64,000 nt of DNA. It comes from Macrostomum lignano (Eukaryota). How positions within the stretch are numbered: the first letter of the stretch is position 1; every line of letters starts with the position of its first letter. The stretch covers positions 1 to 64,000 of the forward strand of contig NIVC01003379.1 in the NCBI GenBank assembly GCA_002269645.1, in the 5' to 3' direction. The notes below the pieces were generated by a model. That model was not told the DNA's origin. It saw nothing but the letters and a program-made list of their open reading frames with translations, and ran no database searches. Made by a program: the position numbers and the translations under genes. Positions 25,843-36,403 of this stretch are shown piece after piece.

Positions 25843-27533
25843 TTAATCGTTCAGCCATTACAACTCTCCAGAGTTTCCGCGTCCCTAGGGCCGTAGTCGA
25901 ATAAAAGTTCACGTCCCTTCGGAACATATTTTGTAGTCTGGAAATATAGGGCCGGTCGAATCACGCCTCCCGGACATTGACACCGGTGGTGACTACTCGG
26001 CAGTTTTTTTTTGTCCGAGAATGATTTAAGAACCTTCCGACGCGATCGGTGTCCGTGGCGTCGATAGCATATTCCCGGCCATTGAAATCAAAGTTAAATA
26101 AAAAAAACGTGTCTTTGTCGGCCTCGGCGAGCTCGACGTAGCGAGTGTCGGATTCCGTCTTGCTAAGAAGCTTACCTGCATACTCGCATACGTATGCTCC
26201 TCTGGCGAGGGCACACGCAGCAAAAGCTCCGCGGCCTTTGCTCCGGGTAGCACTAACAGTTACTGCTGAGTCATCGTTGTTAAGGAGCCGCCGGAGGACT
26301 TCTGCTTGTCCTGCTGCCTTTCGGGCACCCTTTAAGCTAGCTCCCCGCGTAGGGCCGCGGATAGTGACGTCGGCAGGGCCTTCGTCGTTGCCACTGCCAC
26401 TGCCGACGTCGCCACTGCCGAATGAGGCATCGAGGTCTACCTATATTTTTTCAATTAAAGTATGTATGAGGCTTGTATGAGCATGTAGAGACTTAAAGTA
26501 TAACCTCAACTACGAGGTTAAGAGCTTATGGACTTACGATTTAGGACTCAAAATACAAAAGGTATAAAAGAAAATAATACGGGTATAAGTAAAAGTACTT
26601 TAAAAGTAGTAGATAAAAGACGAAAAATAACAATTAAACCAGACAATAAATATTTATTACATACATCGAATAATGGCCCTCCAGGCAAGGATCCATTAAT
26701 AACGGACCGACGCGCGTCCGGTGTCTATATTGAGTAGTATTTAGATCGAATGAACATTAATGTACATCTTGCTAATTTACATCTATACGATATCGTAGGC
26801 CTGTGTAGAATCTGGGGCAAGGTATCATGCTATGCCATGCTATACTATACTACGAGCTCGTAAAATTTGCGCCAGGGTTTCTATGCTATCTTTCTGCATA
26901 GCGTGCTGAATACCGCTTATATAGATCTGCTACAAGTAAGTAAACGTGAATACTAGCAGATACAAAATACTTACAGCGGCAGCAGCGGAGCTGGTGGTGG
27001 TGGAGGTAGCAGCGGAGGTGGCGGTGGTGGAAGTAGCAGCGGAGGTGGCGGTAGCAGCGGATGTGGCAGTGTAGGCGGCCGTCATAGTGGCACCGGCAGC
27101 ACCGGCACCGGCACCTTCAGCTGGCTGGACAGGTTATATTTGAGGTTATATAAATATATTTAGCTAAAGTTATCATGTAATTTTGATTCATTTGCCCTTA
27201 AAAGCATGGAAAACTTACTTGGAAAAAGCGTGTTGGATAATAAAAAGATTATTGACACTGAACACTAAACGACTTGATTGTGCTTATAAACTTTTTTATA
27301 AGTTTGTAAATTGACTACTTTTTTTATTTAAAGCTTTCGCAGAAAGACTATGAATGCTTAGTTAAAATATGGAATTAAGAATTGGTATCTAAAATTTTAC
27401 GGCTTACACTAGGCATTTTTGGGTTTGGAGAACCTTGAACCGATTCTAGGGTCCTGCGTTGGCTTATAATGAGGACGTGCTGAATTCGCAGCATTTCTTT
27501 TAGCCAGGCGTTTTCTGATTCCAAAGCTCGCAT
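25843..27533 (-). CDS. Spliced SET8/PR-Set7 (KMT5A)-like lysine methyltransferase gene (~291 aa) with two 1-nt frameshifts at short homopolymers
   Basis: Exons 27533-27408 (MRALESENAWLKEML...), 27124-26975 (Ala/Thr-rich) and 26440-25843, all phase 0 with GTAAG donors. The last exon reads SKGRGAFAACALARGAYVCEYAGKLL...YAIDATDTDRVGRFLNHSRTKKNCRVV...[fs ~25972]PGGVIRPALYFQTTKYVPKGRELLFDYGPRD...ESC[fs ~25858]KWLND*. Motifs KGRG, EYxG, DAT, RxxNHS, ELxxDYG and the terminal WL match SET8. It is missing from the ORF track because the exon has no start codon. Confidence 0.85.
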
Positions 27534-27808
27534 CTGCTTTTCTCGATTCTAGTTAAATTATATATTTAAAATAGGGGAAATCGAGAAAATTACGCATCGT
27601 TAAATATTTTTAAACAGCTTATTTTTTCTCAAAATCAAAAACAATACTTTTAAACGGTTTATTTATTTCTCAAACTCACAAATCAGATAAAATCAGAAAG
27701 AATATAATAAAAAGAAAGAAAAGTTTTTCAAATAAGATAATGCCTGAACCTGAATTATTTGCACAAATAAATTGTCTTAAAGAAATAATATTATAATTAT
27801 TATGTAAT

Positions 27809-29510
27809 TCATCGACGCTTCCGCCTGGCTGCTCGCTTCTTGGCGGCGTACATATTCTTAAATTTAGGCTCATACTTTGAGCTATAATAAAATGCCACAC
27901 ATTGTGCAATAGTCTTGCTATTGATGGCGGCGGCGATCTTCGAAAACTCTTTGCCGAATTTTTTAAACGCCCGTAAAAACTGGCCCTTCTCGTCTTCTGT
28001 CCAATTTGCGAATTCGCTTGAAGCGTACTGAATCCTGCGCGCCAGATCACTTTGCGCAGAATTCAGTAAATTAAAGTGCGTTCTACACGCAAGCGTCTTC
28101 AAATCCTAAATGAAACAAAATTGAACATTAAATGCACGAACCAATACGGAAAAGAAACCAATATAAGAAACCAATTTTAAGATCAAGATCAAGTTACAAG
28201 TTCTTGCCCTTGAAAATCTTAATGATCGCGTTCTGAATACTTTCAAACTTCCGGTTACAAGTATTGATCAGAACGTGATTACTAAAAGAATTGTGCCCTT
28301 CCTGAAAAACTTACTACGCGAAATAATGTTTGACTTTCTGACACAAAAATACATTGAATTTACTGTCTGCTAAATTCTTTAGGAATGACGTGAATATTGT
28401 GACACACTCACCGCTTCATGTGAATGTCCACGGCCGGTTGGACAATTCCTTGGCACCGTTGTGGCACTGGCCGAGGCGGAATGTGATGGCAGCTGAGGTG
28501 AGGCCGAGTCACCGGAGACCTGAGGCACCAGAGGCACCACAGGCTCGCAGGGCACATCATCATTGGTTTGCCACTGGGAAAGCATTTCAGCAAGATTGAG
28601 GAAAAATTTAGATTTTGGATGACACTTTTATAGTCTAGAAAACCCTAACCACTTTTATAGTCTAGAAAAAGTTACCTAATGCTTACAGAAAACCAATTAC
28701 AATATTCATTTATTTTGATTCTAAAAAGTGTGACTACAGGCTTTCAGAAAATTATATAAAGTATAAATAGAAATCAAGTTCTTGCCCTTGAAAATCTTAA
28801 TGATCGCGTTCTGAATACTTTTTATTAAAAACTTCCGGTTACAAGTATTGATCTGAACGTGATTACTAAAAGAATTGTGCCCTTCCTGAAAAACTTACTA
28901 CGCGAAATAATGTTTGACTTTCTGACACAAAAATACATTGAATTTACTGTCTGCTAAATTCTTTAGGAATGACGTGAATATTGTGACACACTCACCGCTT
29001 CATGAGAATTTCCGGTCGGTTGGACCGTTGAAGAACGGCCGGTTGGACCGCTGTGGCACTTCGGCACCGTTGTGGCACTGCTGGCACTGGCCGAGGCCGA
29101 ATGCGGTGGCCGCTGAGGTGAGGCCGAGCCACGCTGAGGCACCAGAGGCACCAGAGGCTCGCAAGGTGAGGCCGAAAGGTGAGGCTCGCAAGGCACATCA
29201 TCATCATCAGTCGTTTGCCACTGGGAAAGCAATTCAACCAGATTGAGGAAAAAATTAGATTTTGGATGACACTTTTATAGTCTAGAAAACCCTAACCACT
29301 TTTATAGTCTAGAAAAAGTTACTTAATGCTTACAGAAAACCAATTACAATATTCATTTATTTTGATTCTAAAAAGTGTTACTACAGGCTTTCAGAAAATT
29401 ATATAAAGTATAAAAATCATTAGAAAAGTGGTTTGCAGAACCGAAATACTTACCTTTGTCCGTTTGCTGGGTTGGTCACTTGACGAGTTGACGAGTGGAC
29501 GTTTCGCAGC
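27809..29510 (-). CDS. Spliced gene for an NCoR/SMRT-type SANT-domain protein (~246 aa, no in-frame ATG found)
   Basis: Exons 29510-29454 (57 nt), 29220-28996 (225), 28573-28412 (162) and 28105-27809, all phase 0. The SANT reads WTEDEKGQFLRAFKKFGKEFSKIAAAINSKTIAQCVAFYYSSKY and is followed by a basic tail KKRAARRKRR*. Confidence 0.75.
28190..29410. repeat. Tandem duplication (~585/640 bp) of one exon plus flanking intron
   Basis: CAAGTTCTTGCCCTTGAAAATC...TATAAAGTATAAA occurs at ~28197-28765 and ~28775-29413. Confidence 0.92.
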
Positions 29511-29648
29511 CTGGATACGGGGGAAGTTGTTTGAATTTTTGTTACAAAGACTACTCCTTAATCTTAGTTGCCTCCACGCTTCTTGTACGTAGAAGCGTGG
29601 CCCCTCAGCCCCTCACGACTCTAACCCGCCCTGAGCCCCTCAAAGGAC

Positions 29649-29777
29649 AACCCTAGCCCTAACCCTAACCTAACCCTAACCCTAACCTAAACCTAACCCT
29701 AGCCCTAACCCTAACCTAACCCTAACCCTAGCCTAACCCTAACCCTAACCCTAACCCTAACCCTAACCTAACCCTAA
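29649..29777 (-). repeat. Interstitial telomeric-type tract (CCCTAA)n with variant units
   Basis: About 21 units. The first 53 nt are identical to 23038-23090. Confidence 0.95.
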
Positions 29778-30609
29778 AGCATTGAAATTTCAGTAATTCT
29801 CTCTAAGAGTCATTATAGCACTACTACAGCATTATAGCGATTCCCTGCAAGCCTCGACATCGTAGGAATTCCCAAATCAATCTCTTAACTTCGACATGAA
29901 GCTTCTTTTATTTTTTACATTACGGTTTTTTTATCAGCGATCCCTCCCCTGAGGAGGCATCAAATAATGTAACAAAAAGTTTTTAATAAACTACATGTAG
30001 CTTCTGGCTTTAGCCTTGAAATCTCATTTATACCCCAGTGAGCCTTGACATCTCAGCTATTCCCCCCGTAAGCCTTGACATGTCAGCGATGGCCCCCATA
30101 AACCTTGAAATCTAAAAAATCCCCTGTTACTTTAACCCAACCTAAAGCCTTGAAATCTCAGCAATTCTTCTCCCCTAAGCCTTGACATTTTAGTGATTCC
30201 TTTTTTAAGAATCACAGCACTATAACGATTTCCACCAAGCTTTGACATCGTAGCAATTCCCAAATTAATCTTTTAACTTCGACATGACTTTTCTTTTATG
30301 TATACATAGTGCTACTTTTATTTTTTACATGACTCTTCTTCTATCAGCGCCCCCCCCCGTGGCGAGCCAACAAAGAATGTAATAAAAAATTGAGTAAAGT
30401 ACATGAACTCTGAAGTAGCTTCTGACTTTTGCTTTAACATCTCAGAAACCCCCCCCCCGTAATCTTAGTTATTCTCTGAGAGCCTTGACGTCTCAGTTTT
30501 TCTCCCCAGCACAGCATTATAGCTGCATTTAATTTTTACATGACACCTTTCATGTCTGACATGACGCTTCTTTTATTCTACCATGATGCTTCTTAATTTT
30601 TTAAATGAC

Positions 30610-31030
30610 ACTTTCATTAGTCTTTAAATGAGGCTTCTATGATTTTTCATGACGCTTCTATGATTTTTACATGATGTTTCTATGATTTTTTATATGACGC
30701 TTCTATGATTGTTTATATGACGCTTCTATGCTTTTTACATGACGCTTCTATGATTTTTTTACATGACGCTTCCATGATTGTTTACATGACGCTTCTATGA
30801 TTTTTACATGACGCTTCTATGATTTTTTACATGACGCTTCTATGATCGTTTAGATGACGCTTCTATGATTTTTACATGACGCTTCTATGATTTTTTTACA
30901 TGACGCTTCCATGATTGTTTACATGACGCTTCTATAATTTTTACATGACGCTTCTAAGATTTTTTACATGACGCTTTTATTATTTTTTACATAACGCTTT
31001 TATGATTTTTTACATGACGCTTCCATGATT
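30610..31030 (+). repeat. Tandem repeat, ~22-24 bp unit ATGACGCTTCTATGATTTTTTAC
   Basis: About 18 directly visible units; no unique spacers. Confidence 0.92.
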
Positions 31031-31659
31031 TTTTAGTTTTCTTGGCGTTAAAAAACTTTAATTAAAAAAACTCTCTAAAAATTCGAACCATCGTCCCTGC
31101 ATTTAGCAGTCAGTCTGTTTACCTCTAGGCTAGCTCTCATCGTTTTGATAACATGAATTTTAGCACTTCTATTTGGAGTTTCAAAACTCCAAGCATAGAG
31201 TAAATCACACGAGGCAGTTATGACATAAACAATTTCTCAGTCAGTCAGTATCAGTTAACAATATGGTTACGCAATCTAAATCAAGTCTGTGCTACGCTTC
31301 CACACAGCATTTTCAATACTGTGACGCAATTCAAGTCGGAGTTACAATTCAGTTATGATGCAATCTATTTCAGAATCATAATTCAACCAGTCAGTTTTTT
31401 CTCTAGCATTCTTACAATGCATTTCAAGTCGAAAAGTTTGCTTGAACTTTGCAAAAAAGCATGTTTTTCGAATATTTTATGCCTTTAGCATCGAGAATTT
31501 CTTAGCCACGATGCATGTACCGTCACGGGAAAATTTCTGATCGAACAGTGCAAGTCTCATGAAAATCGGTCCAGCCATTTTTTCTCTAATCGATTGCGTA
31601 CAAACAAACAAACAAGCAAGATTTTCATTTTTAGTATATTGGATGGACTAGCCAATCCC

Positions 31660-33700
31660 AACCCCCGTTGGGGCTTTCCGTCCAAACTCCAACCACAGTT
31701 TTCCCCATCCACAAAATCCCCGATGCAAAGAATCTCACATGCAAAGAATCCCCCATCCAAAGAACCCCTATCGATAGAATCACGATCCGAATAATTCCCC
31801 ATTCAATGAATCCCCTACTCAAGAAATTCCCGATCTACAGAAGCCCCCTATCTAACGAATCCCCATCCAAAGAATCCCTCATCCACAGAATCCCCATCCA
31901 AAGAATCCCTCATCCACAGAATCCAAATATAAAGAATCCTCCATCCATCCCTATCCAAAGAATTTCCTCATTCATTCCTATCCAAAGAATTTCCTCATTC
32001 ATTCCTACCTAAAGAATCCCCCATCCATCCATATCCAAAGAATCCCCCCAATGAATCACATCACATCATAATTCACATCATAATCCCCATCTAAATAAAC
32101 CATAGATCTCCCATCTAAATAATCCATAGATCTCCCATCTAAATAATCCGCCATCAAAGAAATAACTGGCCAAAGAATTCCCTCATCTAAAGAACCCCGT
32201 CCGAATAATCCCCATCCAACGAATCCAAAGAATCTCCCATCCAAATAATCCCCCTATTAATAGAATTCTTGGCCAAAGAATCCCCTCATCTAAAGAACCC
32301 CCGTCCAAATAACCCCCATCTAACGAATCCTTCATTTAAAGAATCAACTATTCGAAAAACCCTCCATCGAAACAATGCCCCATCAAAGGAATTCCCTAAT
32401 GAATCATCTATCCAAAGATATCCATCCATTAGAAGCATCCCTCATCCAAAGAATCATCAATCCATAGAATTCCCCCCAAAACTTAACATCTCAGCAATTC
32501 CCCCGAGCCTCGACACCTCATAAAATTCCCCCAAGCCTTGACATCTTACCAATTTCTTCCCGTCCAAAGCCTTGACATCTTACCAATTTCTCCCCGTCCA
32601 ACGCCTTGACATCTTACCAATTTCTCCCCGTCCAACGCCTTGACATCTTACCAATTTTTCCCCGTCCAACGCCTTGACATCTTACCAATTTATCCCCGTC
32701 CAAAGCCTTGACATCTCAGCAGTTCCCCGTTAAGCCTTGAAATCTCAGCAATTCTCCTCCACAAGTCTTGCATCTCAGCAAGTCCCTCTTAAGCCTTGCA
32801 ATCCCCCAAAGTCCCTCTTAAGCCTTCACATCTCATTAATTCCAATAGGTAAGATTTTATACATGTACCTGGTATTTCAATAATTCCCCCTATAAATCTT
32901 GACATCTTAGAATTCTCTTCCGAGCAAGCATCCCCTGATAGAAAGTACCCCCACCAAGATTAGTGAAACAATTTCCTCAGCTATCCAATTCCAACCCCCG
33001 TTGGGGCTATTCGTCCAAACTCAAACCACAGTTTTTCCACGCAATAAAATTTCACCCAACTGAATCTCAAATTTAAAGAATCCCCCATCCAAAGAATCCA
33101 CCACCCATAGAATCCACGATACAAAGAATCTCACATGCAGAGAATCCCCATCCAAAGAAACCCCCATCGATAGAATCCCCGATCCGAAGAATCCCCATCC
33201 GTCCCTATCCAAAGAATCCCCCCATCCATCCCAATCTAAAGAATCCCCCATCCATCCCTATCCAAAGAATCCCCCCATCCACAGAATCCCGATCAAAATA
33301 ATGCAAATATTCTCTCATCCAAATAAACCTCCATCAAAAGAATCATTGAATCTGAAGAATCTGAATCTGAGTCCCCTCATCTAAAGAACCCCGTCCAAAT
33401 AATCCAAAGAATCATACTCCAAATAAACTCCATCTAAAGAATCAAAGAGTCTCCCGTCTAAATAATCCCCCATCAATAAAATCCTAGGCCAAAAATCCTT
33501 CATCTAAAGAATCCCCCATTCAAAGAACCCTCCATCGAAAGAATCCCCCATCGATGGAATTTCCCAATGAATCACCTATCTAAAGATATCCATTAGAAGC
33601 AGCCCTCATGGAAGGAATCCCCAATCCACAGAATTCCCCCCCCCAAGACTTGACATCTCAACAATTCCCCCCAAGCCTTGATACCTCAGTTCATTCTCTC
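31660..33700 (+). repeat. Helitron-internal satellite blocks (AAGAATCCCCATCC; GCCTTGACATCTCAGCAATTCCCC; 34-bp tandem at ~32530-32720)
   Basis: Two related blocks (31660-32980, 32982-33700), each starting with the CCCCCGTTGGGG hairpin. Confidence 0.8.
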
Positions 33701-33744
33701 TTCAGCTTTGATATTTCAGCTTTGAAATGCCGAAAACCGCCTCC

Positions 33745-33841
33745 TTTTATAGCCTTCCCAGCCGCCGCTCCAAGGTCGTTTCCATGACTCCGGCCCTCTC
33801 TCTCTGATTGGCTGCCGGTCGAATGACGTCAGAATGAGTCA
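33745..33841 (-). promoter_or_regulatory. Pol II promoter-like cluster in the LTR-like element (TATAAAA, CCAAT, CRE, AP-1)
   Basis: Minus-strand TATAAAA at 33745-33751 and CCAAT at 33807-33811; TGACGTCA at 33824-33831; TGAGTCA at 33835-33841, again at 34247-34253 and 34258-34264. Confidence 0.5.
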
Positions 33842-35272
33842 TGATGAGAAACATGAGACCGGCATAGCAACATGAGAAAAAGGGAAATTGCGCAATCCGG
33901 AGGTGGGGTGGGGGGATAATTGGCGCAGCGGGTGGTCGCGAAAGTGGTGCGCAAGCAAACATTGAGAACAATGGGGCCGGGGTCGAGAACAAAGGGAATT
34001 GGAAATCGGGGATAATTGGGGAGAATCGAGAACAATAGAAAAACAAACATTGGAGAAAAGGTGATAATTAGGTGCGAAAACGAGAAAAAAAGAAAGAGAA
34101 AATCGGAGAAAATGTGATAATTTGTGGGGGTAAGGAGAACAAAAGAATCAAAAACGAGAACAATAGACGCGGAGGTGGGGTGGGTGTCGCATGAAATTTG
34201 GGGAGGAGAACAATAGCATGAGAAAAGGTTGCGCAAGAGAGGGGGATGAGTCATCGATGAGTCATCGAGGGGAAGAAGGGGTCACAGGACTTGTGTCACC
34301 GTTTGGGAGTTTGGGAAGGGATGGAAGGTCGGTGAGCACACAAAATACTGTAAGTAGACGCAGAGAAAGAGGGGGCAGCGCAGGAAAATAGTGCAGAGAG
34401 ACACAAAAAGAGGGGGGATAGGGAAAGTACAAGAAGAATAGGGTGGAGCACAGGGGAGACAAGGTAGATGGGGAAGGTACAGAGAGGGATCGGGAGCTCC
34501 GGAAAGGCAGGTGTGGCGGCAGGGGAGACGGAACCAAGGCAGCAGGGGGGTGCAGCAGAGCGGGAGTCTCCAGGCCTGGTCGGAGACCTGGCCGAGTCTC
34601 GACAGCTCTGTGCAGGGGGGTACACGGGATAGGAGGCACTTTCGAAAAAGTTCCCATGCCCTATCCCGCGACCAGAGCGTGGTTACATCACAATCTTGGC
34701 AATCCGTCTTAAGCAGATTTCAATTGTAACAATTGGACGTAAGTGAATTGCAATTTTATAAATTTTGATTGCGATCGGATTACAATTGGCATAATTGAGG
34801 TATCACATTGCTACTAATAGTAAGATGCATGATTTAATTAAGGAATAAAATTGTGTCATTTGTAATATTTGTGCTCATTTTTATTCCATTACATCTACCA
34901 ATAAATGAATGATGACACTTTCAAGAAGTACTCATGCACACAAGTATTGAAGTCTTTTTATACAAGCTGCATAGCAAGAAGCGAATCCACAGCTGATAGA
35001 TTCATTTCAATTTAAATATATTTGAATCACACAATTGCGCATTAAAAACATAAATGCGTAGGTATGTAGGCATGCGTAGATAACGACTGACAACTGGCAA
35101 TTATTAGTGTTACCAGTCACTACACGAGTAAGAAGTTTTCGAAGTGTACTAAGCACAAGAAGTAGAGTTATTAATTCTATATTTTCAGTCAATTAGATAG
35201 ATATCAAGTAAAAAGTAGAATAAAATATAGTATCTCATAATTGCATGAGTCATAACATTATTATGCCTATGG

Positions 35273-36000
35273 CTATAAGTAAAACATTGAGTAGCCTGAG
35301 AAAGGACCGAAATTAAGCAGCTGCTCAGGCAAATGGCAAAGCAAATGAAAGTTTATGGTGTACACATTTTCATCAAATACAGTTCCTAGAGTTGACAAGA
35401 AATATGGAAAGATTTTAGACAGAAGTGGGATATATCGGTCGCAATGTTCGGAATTGGATACATTACAAGTAAGGGAAAAAGTGAGCAAAGCAACGGCAAA
35501 TCCTTGGTTTCGTCTACTCAAAGAATGAAAAGCAAACACAGGGAAAAGATACAAAGCTACGAACATGTAATCTTTTGTTTTCCAAGAGGAGCGCATATCA
35601 AAGCAAAACGGTACTGTGATTGATTTGGGAACTGATCCTCGTTACAAAAGTATTAAAAAGAGGCATGACAGTGTTTTCCACAGCTTCCAATTGGGAATAT
35701 CGCTCAAGTCGATTCTGGAAGCCCAAAAAATGCGAAACCGAGACTCGAGTGCTGCAGCGATGAGCAACAACGCTGAAGTCGGGCCGCACCAAAATGGAAG
35801 CCTTAACAACGAGGTTTTTAACCATAACGAAATTGACACTAATGTCACTGCATTGCACAAGCCATCCTGCACTTGACACAAAGGCAAGCGTAGGCGCCTT
35901 AACGTAAAAACTTTGCCACGAAACTATTCTGTCTGTTGAGTCGTATGACTGCAGCTCCTTAGTATGTGTAACCTTGGCACGTTGCTCTTGAAGCACACAG
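35273..36000 (-). pseudogene. Degenerate EnSpm/CACTA-type transposase fragment
   Basis: WKTKDY...YTINFHLLCHLPEQLLNFGPFSGYSMF parallels WKATEF...VYNLHALLHLPDDCELYGCLDSFSAF in the intact ORF 59544-61643. A possible left end TT|CCCTAGACAC lies at 17822, on the far side of the LTR-like insertion. Confidence 0.65.
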
Positions 36001-36403
36001 CGTTCAGATAGATTCATTGAGTGTCCTGTTATGAGTAATAGTGAATTGTGAAATATAATATAGAATTCCATCTGTATCATTGGAATTAAATTCCCTGAAG
36101 GGTCATGCTATAAATTTTTCTACAAATGCAACATCATGAATTTAGGGACACTAGCCATGTAACAGGTAAGGATACTATCTCTTGCCTCTAGCAATTGACT
36201 CTTACCCTTAGTCCCCAATTTTGAAAGCTAGCATTTTTACAAATTTTACTTACTTGGTGCAGTCAAGTGTAATGAAGACTTTGGTAAGTCGGAAAAGACA
36301 CTTGGTGGATGAATAGGCCTCCAGAAGCGTTTCACTTTTTGTAAAGGTGTATTAGCAGGCCAATGCTTAGAGCAAATTCCAACAAATTTGCGTAGCGTAC
36401 TTT

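Larger units (their letters stand above)
19210..33711 (-). mobile_element. Head-to-tail array of non-autonomous Helitron units carrying host-derived genes
   Basis: 3' termini (hairpin CCCC-AAC-GGGG plus CTAG|T on minus) at 19210, 22742 and 31648, with degenerate ones at ~29935, ~30340 and ~32982. 5' terminus A|TCCAATATACTAAAAATGAAAATCTTGCTTGTTTGTTTG at 31643. 19209-19467 and 22741-23000 are near-identical direct copies. The right boundary at 33711 is tentative. Confidence 0.7.
17951..34690 (-). mobile_element. LTR-like (probably solo-LTR) element split by ~14.5 kb of nested insertions
   Basis: Ends TGATGTAACC...GGTTACATCA form a perfect 10-bp inverted repeat with TG..CA. CAAT flanks both sides (17947-17950, 34691-34694). 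Both outer flanks share the same AATTGCAA/GATTACAA sub-repeats, as expected for one interrupted target. Confidence 0.65.

Noticed and set aside
22965-29777. True chromosome end or linear mini-chromosome
   Set aside because: The tracts are short, degenerate, internal and in the same rather than inverted orientation.
30610-31030. CRISPR-like appearance of short regular repeats (also 54760-55365 and 46676-47335)
   Set aside because: Units are contiguous with no unique spacers, there are no cas genes and the context is eukaryotic.
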